Below, one piece after another: positions 28,951-39,106 of a stretch of 64,000 bases of DNA. Both the position numbers and the translations under genes were made by a program. The DNA is from an uncultured Gemmatimonadales bacterium (GTDB lineage: Bacteria; Gemmatimonadota; Gemmatimonadetes; Gemmatimonadales; GWC2-71-9): the NCBI GenBank assembly GCA_963798915.1, contig CAWCVB010000014.1, positions 32,001-96,000 on the forward strand. Reading direction: 5' to 3'. The notes under the pieces are model-generated. The model saw only the letters and a program-made list of their open reading frames with translations. It was not told where the DNA came from and made no database searches. Numbering within the stretch: the stretch's first letter is position 1; every line of letters begins with the position of its first letter.

Positions 28951-29298
28951 ATGGAGCGGTTGGCGGCGGCGGCCAGAGAAGGCCTGCGCACGGATATGCC
29001 GGCGTTCGAGCCGGGTGACACGGTACGCGTGATGGTCCGCGTCACGGAAGGCGAGAAGGAGCGGCTGCAGGCGTTCGAGGGTGTCGTCATCGCCAAGCGC
29101 GGCGGTGGCGTGAGCGAAAATTTTACGGTCCGGAAGGTGTCGGCCGGCGTCGGGGTGGAGCGCATCTTCCCGATGCATAGCCCGATGCTCGCCTCAGTGG
29201 ACCTGGTGCGGCGTGGCAAGGTCCGCCGGGCCAAGCTGTATTACCTTCGCCGCCTGAGCGGCAAGGCCGCACGCATCAAGGAGAAGCGCGAGCGCTGA
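28951..29298 (+). CDS. rplS: 50S ribosomal protein L19
   Basis: [35 protein letters not shown]. Confidence 0.97.
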   Translation: MERLAAAAREGLRTDMPAFEPGDTVRVMVRVTEGEKERLQAFEGVVIAKRGGGVSENFTVRKVSAGVGVERIFPMHSPMLASVDLVRRGKVRRAKLYYLRRLSGKAARIKEKRER

Positions 29299-29299
29299 G

Positions 29300-29923
29300 A
29301 TGCCCGTGGAGCCCACGATCCTCCGCGAAGCGGCGGCGTGGGCCGACGCCTGCCTCCTGGCAGGGGTGGATGAAGTCGGCCGCGGTCCACTGGCAGGTCC
29401 AGTGGTTGCCGCGGCCATTGTCTTTCCCCGAAACTTCCGCCCCATTCCCGGCGTCCGAGACAGCAAGACACTGGCCGCGGGCCAGCGCGATGAACTTGCG
29501 CTGCTCATCCGGGGTTCCGCGCTCCTGCTGGGACTCGGCGCCGCCTCCGTCCGGGAAATAGACCTGCTCAATATCCGGGTTGCCACCGCGCTGGCCATGC
29601 GGCGCGCCGTGTGCCGGATTGCGGGCCGCCTCGATCGATATCGAATCCTGGTGGACGGACTGCCATTCAGGGAACTGGGCTATCCCCACGAGGCACTGGT
29701 GGACGGCGACGCCCACTGCTTTTCCATTGCTGCTGCCGGCATCGTGGCCAAGACCGTCCGGGACCGGCTGATGCGGCGCCTGGCCGTGCGGTACCCGGGT
29801 TACGGCTGGGAGACCAACGTCGGTTATGGCACGCCGGAGCACCAGCTCGGGCTCTCCCGCCTGGGCCCCTGTGCGCACCATCGCCGGTCGTTTGGCCCGG
29901 TGGCACAGCTCCAGATATTCTGA
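29300..29923 (+). CDS. rnhB: ribonuclease HII
   Basis: GVDEVGRGPLAGPV, DSK, VDG, AKTVRD, GYGT, HRRSF. Confidence 0.96.
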   Translation: MPVEPTILREAAAWADACLLAGVDEVGRGPLAGPVVAAAIVFPRNFRPIPGVRDSKTLAAGQRDELALLIRGSALLLGLGAASVREIDLLNIRVATALAMRRAVCRIAGRLDRYRILVDGLPFRELGYPHEALVDGDAHCFSIAAAGIVAKTVRDRLMRRLAVRYPGYGWETNVGYGTPEHQLGLSRLGPCAHHRRSFGPVAQLQIF

Positions 29924-29970
29924 CGGCCGGCTGACTCCCACGCGCCGGCGGCTTCCTCACGAGGTTCTCG

Positions 29971-32406
29971 ATGCGAATCTTCCGCCGGTCCATCCTGCTT
30001 TCCGCCATCCTCGCCAGCCCGCTCGCGGCGCAGTCCAATCTTGAGCGCATGTCCAACGACCGTTACACCCGGTCGCACGACTACGATCTGGTGCACCAGC
30101 GCATCGAACTCGCGAACATCAGCTGGGATTCCCTGACGTTCGACGGCCGGGTGGTCTCGACGCTGGTGTCGCTGCGTGCCGGTCTTGATTCGGTGGTGCT
30201 GGATGCGGGTCACCTCCTGGAAGTCGGTCAGGCCAGCGCCGGGAACGCTCGGCTCCGCACCGCGCAACACGGCGATTCGCTGGTGGTATTCCTCGCTGAA
30301 CCGGCGGCGTTCGGCGACACGGTCCGCTTCACGGTCGATTACCGTGCCCACATCGAAAACGGCCAGGGTCTCACATTCAAGAAGGCCGAGACCGGACACG
30401 CCCACTATCCGCAGCAGCTCTGGAGCCAGGGCGAAGACGACAACAATCACGACTGGTTCCCGACCTACGACTTTCCCAATGACAAGATGACCTGGGAACT
30501 GCTCGCGACGGTGCCGGCCGAGTATACCGTGGTCTCCAATGGGTCGCTGATTTCCGACACGCGCACCGCCGCTGGCCACACGGTGCATTGGTCCCAGGCG
30601 GAGCCGTCGGCGACCTATCTGGTGTCGCTCATTGTCGCCCCGCTCGTGAAGGTCCACGACGCCTGGCATGGCAAGCCGGTGGACTACTACGTCTATCGGG
30701 AAGACAGTGCGCTGGCCATGCCGCTCTTCAAGGTCACGCCCGACATGATCCAGGTGTACTCCGACCTGACCGGCGTCGCGTATCCCTGGGCCAAGTACGC
30801 CCAGACCACCGTGGCCGATTTCTTCGGCGGCATGGAGAATGTCAGCGCCACCACGCTGGTGGACTGGTTGCCCGACGCGCGTGCGTACCAGGACCGGCCC
30901 TGGTTCCAGTACATCCTGATTCCGCACGAGCTGGCTCACCAGTGGTTCGGCGACGACGTGACGACCGAGAACTGGGCCAACATGTGGCTCAATGAGGGCT
31001 TTGCCGAGTTCATGCCGGGCCAGTACTGGGGCACGCGGCTGGGCCGGCACGCTGAGGAGGACTATTACCTGGACGAATACCGGCAATTCATGGGCATCGA
31101 CCGACGGCGGCGGATGCCGGTCGCGGCACTCGGGTCGAATAACATCTATCCCCGCGGCGCGCTCATCCTGGAAATGCTCAAGAAGCGGCTCGGGCCGGAT
31201 CGCTTCTGGGCGGCGATCAACCGATACCTGACGGATCACCGATTCGAGAATGCCACCACCGACGACCTGCGACAGGCCTTCCTCGACGCCACCGGCCAGA
31301 ACCTCGACGAGTTCTGGGACCAGTGGATCTATCAGGCGGGGTATCCCGAATTCACCGTGGCACAGGCCTACGATGCCACCGCCCATCGCCTGACCCTGCA
31401 CGTGACACAGACCCAGGTGGACAGCAGCAAGGCGGACAGCACCGGGCTTCGCTTCACCACGCCGGATGTATTTCGGATGCCGGTGACAATCCGCGTCACC
31501 ACCGCCGCCGGAGAGCGGCTGGTGACGGCCCAGCTGGATGCGCGGGAGCAGTCGATCACCGTGGACAGCGTCATGCGCCCGCCAACCATGGTCATCTTCG
31601 ACGATGGCAACACGATCCTCAAGAAGCTGACCTTCGACCAGCCGACGGCTCAGTTGGCCGAGCAGCTCCAGCGCGATCCTGACTTGTGGAATCGCCAGTG
31701 GGTCATCGATCAGCTGGCAACGCGCACCACGGACAAGGCGGCGGCCGCCGCCCTGGCGCGCGCGGCCCGAGGCGCCGACTACTACCTGACGCGCAGCCAG
31801 GCGGTCGAAGCGCTGGATTCCTTCCCGGCCCCGCTGGCGCTCGCGCCGGTGCGCGCCGCGCTCAAGGACACCTCATCCGCGGTACGCTCCGCCGCGCTGG
31901 GTACGCTTGCTGCGCTCGACGGGGCAGAGAAGGACGCGATCAAGCTCGCCCAGGCTGCATGGCAGAAGGATTCCAGTTACCAGGTGCGCGCCGCAGCGCT
32001 GGAAACGCTGATCGCCGTGGATTCCACCCACCGCGCCGACCATATCCGCGCCGGTTTGGCGACACCCTCATACCGTGACGATATCCAGAACAGCGCGTTC
32101 TCAGGCATGGCGCGCTATCCGGGAACCGTGCCGGCTTCGAGTATCGAGCCCCTGCTCGGCAAGCAGCAGCTTCCGTCCTTTCTCCTGGCCGCGCTCGCGC
32201 GTCGGGGCGACACCGCTGCGACGCAGATCCTGCTGAAGCACCTCGACGAGGAGCGTGCATGGGTGCGCCAATGGGTGCTGCAGGCCTTCCGAAACGGGAT
32301 GCCCCACGATCAGGCGGTGCGCGCATTGCAGCCGGTGGCTGCAACGCTGACGCATGAAGATGTGAAGTCGGCGGTCCAGAAGCTTCTCGAGGCTCCGGCC
32401 CGGTGA
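29971..32406 (+). CDS. secreted M1 aminopeptidase with HEAT-like C-terminus
   Basis: Signal peptide; GGMEN, HELAHQWFG...NEG; helical repeats. Confidence 0.92.
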   Translation: MRIFRRSILLSAILASPLAAQSNLERMSNDRYTRSHDYDLVHQRIELANISWDSLTFDGRVVSTLVSLRAGLDSVVLDAGHLLEVGQASAGNARLRTAQHGDSLVVFLAEPAAFGDTVRFTVDYRAHIENGQGLTFKKAETGHAHYPQQLWSQGEDDNNHDWFPTYDFPNDKMTWELLATVPAEYTVVSNGSLISDTRTAAGHTVHWSQAEPSATYLVSLIVAPLVKVHDAWHGKPVDYYVYREDSALAMPLFKVTPDMIQVYSDLTGVAYPWAKYAQTTVADFFGGMENVSATTLVDWLPDARAYQDRPWFQYILIPHELAHQWFGDDVTTENWANMWLNEGFAEFMPGQYWGTRLGRHAEEDYYLDEYRQFMGIDRRRRMPVAALGSNNIYPRGALILEMLKKRLGPDRFWAAINRYLTDHRFENATTDDLRQAFLDATGQNLDEFWDQWIYQAGYPEFTVAQAYDATAHRLTLHVTQTQVDSSKADSTGLRFTTPDVFRMPVTIRVTTAAGERLVTAQLDAREQSITVDSVMRPPTMVIFDDGNTILKKLTFDQPTAQLAEQLQRDPDLWNRQWVIDQLATRTTDKAAAAALARAARGADYYLTRSQAVEALDSFPAPLALAPVRAALKDTSSAVRSAALGTLAALDGAEKDAIKLAQAAWQKDSSYQVRAAALETLIAVDSTHRADHIRAGLATPSYRDDIQNSAFSGMARYPGTVPASSIEPLLGKQQLPSFLLAALARRGDTAATQILLKHLDEERAWVRQWVLQAFRNGMPHDQAVRALQPVAATLTHEDVKSAVQKLLEAPAR

Positions 32407-33800
32407 TGCGGTGGTGGCGCGGGCCGGCGCTGGTCGCCGCCATAACTGCGAGTGTGGCTGCCCGCGAGGTGGTGGCCCAGCTCCCCTCCGATGTGGCGGT
32501 CCGGACAACCGTTGACTCACTGGCCGGGGCTGCGTTGAGCGACGGGCCGGTGGCGGGCATGGTGGTCGAAGTTGTGCGCGGGGCTGATACGATCGTGAAC
32601 CGCGGCTACGGGCTGGCCGACATCGCGAGCCGCCGGCCGGCTACCGACTCGACGGTGTTTCGTATCGGGTCCATCACCAAGCAATTCACGGCTTCACTCA
32701 TCATGCAGCTGGTGGAGCAGGGCAAGGTTGCCCTGGCCGACTCGCTCACCCGGTTCCTGCCCGACTACCCCGTGCAGGGTCATGACGTCAGAGTCTTCCA
32801 CCTGCTGACGCACACCTCCGGCATCAAGAGCTACACGTCGCTCGGCCCCAGGTGGTCAGCGCACATGGGCGAAGCCATGCCGCTGGACACGCTCATTGCC
32901 CTGTTCAAGGACGAGCCCTTTGACTTCGCGCCGGGCGCCCGCTTTCTCTATGACAACTCCGGCTATGTGCTGCTGGGGAAGATCATCGAAGTGGTGACCG
33001 GCAAGCCCTATGCGACGTACCTCACCGAGAGTCTGCTCCGTCCGCTGGGCTTGCACCACACTCGCTACTGCCCTGACACGCCCCGGCCGCCGTCCGACGC
33101 CATGGGGTATACGCCAGGCGCCAATGGCCTCGCACCGGCACGTCCACTCAGCATGACCCAGCCATTCGCAGCTGGCGCACTCTGCTCCACCGTGGGCGAC
33201 CTGGTGCGCTGGACAGCGCTGCTGCATTCCGGCAAGGTGGTAGCGCCGGCATCATTCGCCCGGATGACGGCACCGGTTCCACTCGACAATGGCGACACCT
33301 CAGCCTACGGATTCGGCCTGGCCGTGGGCAATCTCGACGGGCATCGCTGGATCGGGCACGGCGGCGGCATCAACGGGTTCGTGTCCCAGCTCGTGCGTTA
33401 CCCGGATGATGACGTGACGATCGCCGTGCTGGTGAATTCCGAAGGCGGTGTTGCCGATGCAGTGGCGGAGAATGCGGCCCGGGCCGCCCTCGGGATTCCC
33501 ATCCTCCCGCCGAAGGACCTGGCCGTGCCATCCGCCGAGCGGCAGCGACTGCTGGGAAGCTACAGCTCGGGCGGGTTCACGATTCGGGTGGTGGAACGCG
33601 ACAGTCTCCTCGCCATCCAGCCCACCGGGCAGCCAGAGGTCCGGCTGCTGGCGCAGGGCGGGGGCGTCTATCTGCCCAAGCCGGCGCCAGATCAGGAAAT
33701 CCGGTTTGTCGGTAACGGCGGCCATCCGGAGGCGATGACCATTTCAGTGGGAGGCCGGGTGGTTTGGACCGGTCAGCGGGTGGCCACGACCGGCGACTGA
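32406..33800 (+). CDS. serine hydrolase, beta-lactamase family
   Basis: SITK, LLTHTSG, YDN, HGGG; signal peptide. Confidence 0.9.
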   Translation: MRWWRGPALVAAITASVAAREVVAQLPSDVAVRTTVDSLAGAALSDGPVAGMVVEVVRGADTIVNRGYGLADIASRRPATDSTVFRIGSITKQFTASLIMQLVEQGKVALADSLTRFLPDYPVQGHDVRVFHLLTHTSGIKSYTSLGPRWSAHMGEAMPLDTLIALFKDEPFDFAPGARFLYDNSGYVLLGKIIEVVTGKPYATYLTESLLRPLGLHHTRYCPDTPRPPSDAMGYTPGANGLAPARPLSMTQPFAAGALCSTVGDLVRWTALLHSGKVVAPASFARMTAPVPLDNGDTSAYGFGLAVGNLDGHRWIGHGGGINGFVSQLVRYPDDDVTIAVLVNSEGGVADAVAENAARAALGIPILPPKDLAVPSAERQRLLGSYSSGGFTIRVVERDSLLAIQPTGQPEVRLLAQGGGVYLPKPAPDQEIRFVGNGGHPEAMTISVGGRVVWTGQRVATTGD

Positions 33801-34483
33801 GGCGTCAGCAGCCACTCGGCGACCGGGGCCAGCGCCTCGGCGGCCGCAACCGGATCATCCGTGCGTGGCAGCCCGATCACGCGCGGCACACCAGAGAGCC
33901 GCTGGATGGCGGCGGCGTTGCTTCCGGTGCTGCTGTCGGGCGATGACGGTGGGGTGAGGAGCGTCGCGACCACCGGTACCGCGGCCAGCTCCAGCGCGCC
34001 CAGGGTGAGGAGCATGTGATTGAGCGTGCCGCGGCGATCGCAGCCGACCACGATGGCACGGGCGTCGAGCCCCTGGGCAACATCCACCAGGCACCACTCC
34101 CAGGTAAACGGCGAGAGCAGCCCGCTCGCCCCTTCCACCAGCAGCAGGTCGCAGCGCGACGCATAGCGCTCAATGCTGAGCAGCGTCTCATCGAAGTCGA
34201 GAGAGACGCCGGCCCGTTCGGCGGCGAGCGCGGGCGCCAGCTCGTCGGGAAAGCGGTACAGCGCCTCGAGCGGCGCCTCCTGGCCGGTGGCCCGGGCCAG
34301 GATCACGCCGTCCTCGTGCTCGCGGCCCTCATCGCTGCATCCGGTTTCCACCAGCTTGATGGCGCGGACATCCCGGCCCGCGCGCCGCAGTGCGCGACTG
34401 AGTGCAGCCGTGACCCAGGTCTTGCCGACTTCGGTGTCGGTGCCGGTCACGATCACGACATTGCTGCGGCGCGTCTCACTCAT
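33773..34483 (-). CDS. bioD: dethiobiotin synthase
   Basis: TGTDTEVGKT, VEGASG, GTLNH. Confidence 0.9.
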   Translation of the reverse strand: MSETRRSNVVIVTGTDTEVGKTWVTAALSRALRRAGRDVRAIKLVETGCSDEGREHEDGVILARATGQEAPLEALYRFPDELAPALAAERAGVSLDFDETLLSIERYASRCDLLLVEGASGLLSPFTWEWCLVDVAQGLDARAIVVGCDRRGTLNHMLLTLGALELAAVPVVATLLTPPSSPDSSTGSNAAAIQRLSGVPRVIGLPRTDDPVAAAEALAPVAEWLLTPQSPVVATR

Positions 34484-35903
34484 GGGATGCTCCAAAGAGG
34501 GTCTGGCAGCTCTCCACCAGGGTGTCGGCCAGGAAGTCGAGTTCCGAGTGGGTGATGGTGATTGGTGGGACCAGCATGACGACGTCATCGCTGGCGATCA
34601 GGAACACGCCCCGCTGGCGCGCTGCGGCGCAGACCCGACGCGCACGTGCGTCGCCCGGCTCGCCACCGGGCGACCCCTCGACCTGGACACCCGCCACCAA
34701 CCCGTACTGGCGAATTGCCGCCACGCCCGGCGCGGCGGCCACGCGCTCCAGCACGGTGGAAAAGTATTCGGCATGTCCGGGCAGTCGTTCCAGGAGGCCG
34801 GTGCGATCAAAGATGTCGAGCGTGGCCAGCGCCGCGCTGGCTGCCAGCTGGTTTCCGCTGAAACTGTAGCCATGCGCAAACAGCACGTCCGCTCCATCCA
34901 CGAAGCGATCATGAATCCGGTCGGTCGCGAGCACGGCACCCATGGGCAGGTAGCCACCCGTCAAGCCGTTGGAAAGGCAGAGCAGGTCGGGCGTGATCCG
35001 TTCCTTTTCGCACGCAAACATGGCGGCCGAGCGCCCGAAGCCGATTGCGGTCTCATCGGCAATGAGGAATGTGCCGGCCGCGCTGGCACGCTCCCGCACT
35101 CGGGCGGCGAAGCCATGTGGCTGGGTGCGGACGCCTGCCGGCAGCTGCACGCCCGGCTCCAGAATCACGGCCGCGAGCCGGCTGCGCTCCCGCTCGAGCA
35201 GTTGCAGGAACTCATCCGGGGAGCCAGCCTCGAGCATGCCCAGCGAGCGGTCGCCCAGGGAACCATGCGCCGCGCCCGCCAGCCGCAGGAAGCGGGTCCG
35301 CTCGCGATCGTCCGGGTCCTGGCTCCGCTGCCAGAACTCGCCAGCCATCTGCAGCGCCGCGCGAACGGCGGTTGAACCATCGTCAGTGTAGAACACCCGG
35401 CACAGACCGTCCGGCGCCCGTTCAGCCAGGCGATGAGCCAGCGTCACGGCTGGCACGCTTGCGTGGCCGTGGAATGTGGAGTGGGCGATCCGGGAGAGCT
35501 GCTCGCGAATGGCCTCGTCGATCTCGGGCCGGGAGTGCCCCAGCAGGTTGCACCAGCGGGAACTGACCGCGTCGAGATAGCGGCGTCCGTACATGTCGAC
35601 CAGGTAGTGCCCGTCACCGGCAACGATCAGCAGAGGATCGGAATCGCGGTAACGGGCCTGCTGCGTGAAGGGATGCCAGCAGTGGGCATCGTCCCAGGCA
35701 ACCAGCGCTTTGCGCGGCGGCTCGGACGGCGGACGCGACGGCGGGAGGAATGCCTCGGCACGGGGCTGGTCGTCGAGGGGGCGCCCGCCAGTGGCTTCAA
35801 CGTCCGCACCGTGATGCTGCTCTGGCGGAGTGGTCTGGCCCTCCCGGCTGCTCTGCGAGGCAGAGCGCACCCGATTGTTCTTCCCCTCGACCGGCCTGTC
35901 CAT
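34476..35903 (-). CDS. bioA: BioA-like class III aminotransferase with degenerate active site
   Basis: WHPFTQ, YLDAVSS, IADE, GLTGGYLP; overlaps bioD; expected PLP Lys is Asn. Confidence 0.75.
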   Translation of the reverse strand: MDRPVEGKNNRVRSASQSSREGQTTPPEQHHGADVEATGGRPLDDQPRAEAFLPPSRPPSEPPRKALVAWDDAHCWHPFTQQARYRDSDPLLIVAGDGHYLVDMYGRRYLDAVSSRWCNLLGHSRPEIDEAIREQLSRIAHSTFHGHASVPAVTLAHRLAERAPDGLCRVFYTDDGSTAVRAALQMAGEFWQRSQDPDDRERTRFLRLAGAAHGSLGDRSLGMLEAGSPDEFLQLLERERSRLAAVILEPGVQLPAGVRTQPHGFAARVRERASAAGTFLIADETAIGFGRSAAMFACEKERITPDLLCLSNGLTGGYLPMGAVLATDRIHDRFVDGADVLFAHGYSFSGNQLAASAALATLDIFDRTGLLERLPGHAEYFSTVLERVAAAPGVAAIRQYGLVAGVQVEGSPGGEPGDARARRVCAAARQRGVFLIASDDVVMLVPPITITHSELDFLADTLVESCQTLFGASHE

Positions 35904-36004
35904 CCGTCCTCGCTCTCTCTCAACCCGGAGACTATACCAGGCCCGAGAGGGCGACAAGCGCGGTCTTGAGTTTGCCGTGGAGGCGTGCGAGCTTCTGGCC
36001 GGTC

Positions 36005-36077
36005 GGGGGCGTAGCTCAGCTGGTAGAGCATGCGGCTTTTAACCGCCAGGTCGTGGGTTCGAGTCCCACCGCCCCCA
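36005..36077 (+). tRNA. tRNA-Lys(TTT)
   Basis: Cloverleaf: GGGGGCG/CGCCCCC acceptor, CTTTTAA loop, GTTCGAGTC; CCA not encoded. Confidence 0.95.
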
Positions 36078-36080
36078 TAC

Positions 36081-36222
36081 GGGACGGGCAGGATGGGCAG
36101 GACGGGCAGGAGGGGCAGGTTCGAGCGATGGGATGGGATCGACTCGACGTTTGGTCCCGCCCATCCCGCCCATCCCGCCCATCCCGCCCGCCTTGCCCGT
36201 CTCGCCCGTCCTGCCCGTCCTG
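36081..36222. repeat. 9-mer inverted-arm element after tRNA-Lys
   Basis: GGGCAGGA(T/C/G) units at 36081-36119; complementary C(C/T)GCCC(A/G)TC units at 36156-36222. Confidence 0.85.
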
Positions 36223-36312
36223 AAGAGAGTTGGGAAAATCCCAGTATCGCTCCCGGAAGAATCTTCCCATCATCGAGTTACACCGGCCATGGTGGCCGCG
36301 GAGGACTCGACG

Positions 36313-36819
36313 ATGGAATCTGCTCAGTTCGCAATCGAATACGAGGGCCACCAATGGTGGTTCAGCCTGCAACGCGCGGCACCGCTGGCCGATGACGGGC
36401 TCGCGCCCGCCGGCCAGGACATGGCAGTGTGGATGTTCCATGCCCCCGATGATCAACTGGTGGAGGCGCGGCCGGCCATGGAGAACGAGCCGAGGGAGAT
36501 TACCGCCCGCCGGCTGAAGGATTGGCTCACCCACTGGATCTACGAGAAGGCCAGGCGCCGTATCATGCTCGATGGCCTGGGCTGGCAAGTCTGGCGTGAG
36601 CCGGGCGTGTCGGTCATGTCGGGCACCCGCGGCGAGCGCACCTCACTGCCGCCGCCGCCCGGGCTCTACTTCACGAGCGATCAGGGCGAGATGCTCTTCA
36701 TCCAGGAGCGGCTCCACGCCATGCGCTTCGTCACCATGCCCGCACGCGAACTGGTGCGACGGCTGGTCCGGGCTCGGCGCGACGACGGCTGGCGTCGCCG
36801 CGTGCGGATGAACGGCTGA
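36313..36819 (+). CDS. hypothetical protein
   Basis: GGAGGA before ATG 36313; strong GC3 bias. Confidence 0.65.
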   Translation: MESAQFAIEYEGHQWWFSLQRAAPLADDGLAPAGQDMAVWMFHAPDDQLVEARPAMENEPREITARRLKDWLTHWIYEKARRRIMLDGLGWQVWREPGVSVMSGTRGERTSLPPPPGLYFTSDQGEMLFIQERLHAMRFVTMPARELVRRLVRARRDDGWRRRVRMNG

Positions 36820-36894
36820 CGCGGTGCTCGAGGACCGGGCGCGGGAAAGCGTCCGGCCCTCGCCGGATGCCTGTGCAGGGGTAGATTATGTCCC

Positions 36895-37065
36895 ATGCGC
36901 ATACCAGCACTTGTCTGCCTCACGGCCCTGATTTCCGCCAGCCCTCTCTCCGCCCAACAATCCTTCGCCATCCGCGACCGTGGTCCCGCCGACAGCATCA
37001 TGGGAAGCGGCGCGCCCGCCTCCACAGCCGGCGAGCGGGTCATGGTGCCGCGGAGCGCGCCATGA
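36895..37065 (+). CDS. 56-aa signal-peptide ORF, absent from the ORF track
   Basis: MRIPALVCLTALISASPLSAQQ...; TAGATT 7 nt upstream; ATGA overlap with ilvE. Confidence 0.5.
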   Translation: MRIPALVCLTALISASPLSAQQSFAIRDRGPADSIMGSGAPASTAGERVMVPRSAP

Positions 37066-37916
37066 GCGTGGTGTGGCTTGACGGCGCCTGGCTGGACCAG
37101 ACCTCAGCCATGATCTCGGTCTATGATCATGGCCTGCTGTACGGTGACGGCGTGTTCGAGGGCATGCGCGCGTACGGCGGCCGGATCTTCCGGATGGAGC
37201 GCCACCTCGATCGCCTGTACGATTCCGCGCGTGCCGTATGGCTCGACATCCCGATGCCGAAGGAGGAGCTGGCCGCCGTCACGCGCGAGGCGGTGCAGCG
37301 GGCGGCGATGGATGACGCCTATCTCCGTCACATCGTCACCCGGGGCCGTGGCGACCTCGGGCTCGACCCCAGAAAGTGTCCACGGCCGACCGTCCTGCTC
37401 ATCGTCGATACGATCCGGCTGTGGCCTGAGGAGACCTACCAGGCCGGGCTCAGGGTGATCACTGCCGGGACGCCCATGGTCCACCGCGAGGCGCTGTCAC
37501 CCCGTGTCAAGTCACTCAATTATCTGAGTCATATTCTGGCCAAGGTCGAGGCAATCCAGGCCGGGGCTGACGAGGCGCTCATGCTGGATCCTTGCGGTTA
37601 CGTGACCGAGGGTTCGGGCCAGAATCTTTTCGTCTGCAAGGGCGGCGTCCTGCGGACGCCGCCGGCATGGGCCGGCATTCTCAAGGGCGTCACCCGTGAC
37701 GCGGTGATCGAACTCGCTGCCGATGCCGGTCTGCGCGTGCTGGAGGAGCCGCTCAATCGCTACGACATCTATACCGCGGATGAGGCGTTCTTCACCGGAA
37801 GTGCGTCGGAGATTGCTCCCATCCGCGAGCTCGATGGTCGCACGATCGGTAGCGGCCGGATGGGGCCCGTCACGGGCGACCTGCGTGAGCGATTCCGCGC
37901 GCTCGTGCGTGGCTGA
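37062..37916 (+). CDS. ilvE: branched-chain amino acid aminotransferase
   Basis: DHGLLYGDGVFEG, KSLNY, EGSGQN, GILKGVTR. Confidence 0.92.
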   Translation: MSVVWLDGAWLDQTSAMISVYDHGLLYGDGVFEGMRAYGGRIFRMERHLDRLYDSARAVWLDIPMPKEELAAVTREAVQRAAMDDAYLRHIVTRGRGDLGLDPRKCPRPTVLLIVDTIRLWPEETYQAGLRVITAGTPMVHREALSPRVKSLNYLSHILAKVEAIQAGADEALMLDPCGYVTEGSGQNLFVCKGGVLRTPPAWAGILKGVTRDAVIELAADAGLRVLEEPLNRYDIYTADEAFFTGSASEIAPIRELDGRTIGSGRMGPVTGDLRERFRALVRG

Positions 37917-38514
37917 TTCGGTGCGACCCATGCTGGCGGTCCTCGCTGACGCTCCCCAATCCGGCGTCGTGCTTCCGCGTATTGCCGCCGAGATCGGCTC
38001 GGCTCACGCGACCCGGCTCTACCGGGTGATGCTGGCACGGGCCATCGCGGCGGCGCGTGGCGCGCAGCTGCCCTGCACGGTCTGGTACCGTCCGCCCGAC
38101 AACGCGCCGATGTTCCGGCGCTGGCTGGGCGAAGATGCTGACCTGCGGCCGCAGGCCTCCGGCAGTCTCGGTGCCCGTGCCTCGGCCGCTGTGGCCGGCA
38201 GCAATCTTCCGGATGGATGGTTCGTGATGCTTCGCCCGGTAGCAGACCTGGACGCGGCGCTGCTGCTGCAGGCATCGCGTCTCCTCGAGGATGTGCCGTT
38301 TGTGCTCGGTTCCGCATCGGACGGCGGAGTGTATCTTGCGGGCGCACGGATGGCGCCGCCGCCGGTGCTTCGCGAACTGGAGAATGCAGGTCCCGGCGCA
38401 CTCGCCCTGCTGCGCTCGGCGCTGGACCTTTCCGGAATTCCCTACGCCGAGTTGCCCGTGCGGCGAGCGATCGAGTCGGCGGCCGATGCGCGTGCGGCCC
38501 GATTGCTGGCATGA
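37909..38514 (+). CDS. DUF2064/CofC-like protein (divergent)
   Basis: QASGSLGAR, VLGSASDGGVYL; overlaps ilvE stop. Confidence 0.6.
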   Translation: MADSVRPMLAVLADAPQSGVVLPRIAAEIGSAHATRLYRVMLARAIAAARGAQLPCTVWYRPPDNAPMFRRWLGEDADLRPQASGSLGARASAAVAGSNLPDGWFVMLRPVADLDAALLLQASRLLEDVPFVLGSASDGGVYLAGARMAPPPVLRELENAGPGALALLRSALDLSGIPYAELPVRRAIESAADARAARLLA

Positions 38515-38568
38515 ATGGTACAGATCGGATGCGGCCCCTGGCCGCGGGGATGAAAAGTGGAGTTGGCG

Positions 38569-38832
38569 ATGGCATGGAGAGTTGTGGAGGTTGGCAGCCA
38601 ACGGTGGCATGTCTCCGTGGCGGCGGAGCGGCGGGCAAGCTCGTCACTCTGGGGACTGGCGCTGGCCTTTCGGGCTGCCGGACCAGCACCCCGCCGACCG
38701 GCAGTCTGGGCTTCTTATCCTTTTGAATCGGCATCGAAGGCCGCCCTGTTTTCGCGGGCTGAATCGATTCCCGATGATGAACTCACGGCGCTCCTGGCGG
38801 AGCAGCTCGGCGCCGCGCACCAGGCACACTGA
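38569..38832 (+). CDS. hypothetical protein
   Basis: GGAG before MAWRVVEV; packed with neighbours. Confidence 0.55.
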   Translation: MAWRVVEVGSQRWHVSVAAERRASSSLWGLALAFRAAGPAPRRPAVWASYPFESASKAALFSRAESIPDDELTALLAEQLGAAHQAH

Positions 38833-38833
38833 A

Positions 38834-39085
38834 ATGACCCACCACATTTCGATCCAGCAGCTCCGGCAAGTCTCCGATACTCTGGCCCAGCTCAGGGGCT
38901 GCGAGGTGCTGGACACTGTCATGCGGTCGGACTTCCGGCAGATCAAGATTGTCCTCGCAGACGCCACGGTGGTGCTGATCGCCGTGGCCGCGGACGACGC
39001 CGGCCAGCCGCGTCTCGAAGTTGATGTGGTCCAGGCCGCCCGGGCCGACGGCCCTCAGCTCGAGGTCCGGTTCGATTCGGCCTGA
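38834..39085 (+). CDS. hypothetical protein
   Basis: ATG 1 nt after previous stop; MTHHISIQQL...; GC3 bias. Confidence 0.55.
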   Translation: MTHHISIQQLRQVSDTLAQLRGCEVLDTVMRSDFRQIKIVLADATVVLIAVAADDAGQPRLEVDVVQAARADGPQLEVRFDSA

Positions 39086-39106
39086 AGATTGCTCCCTCCC
39101 GGACCC

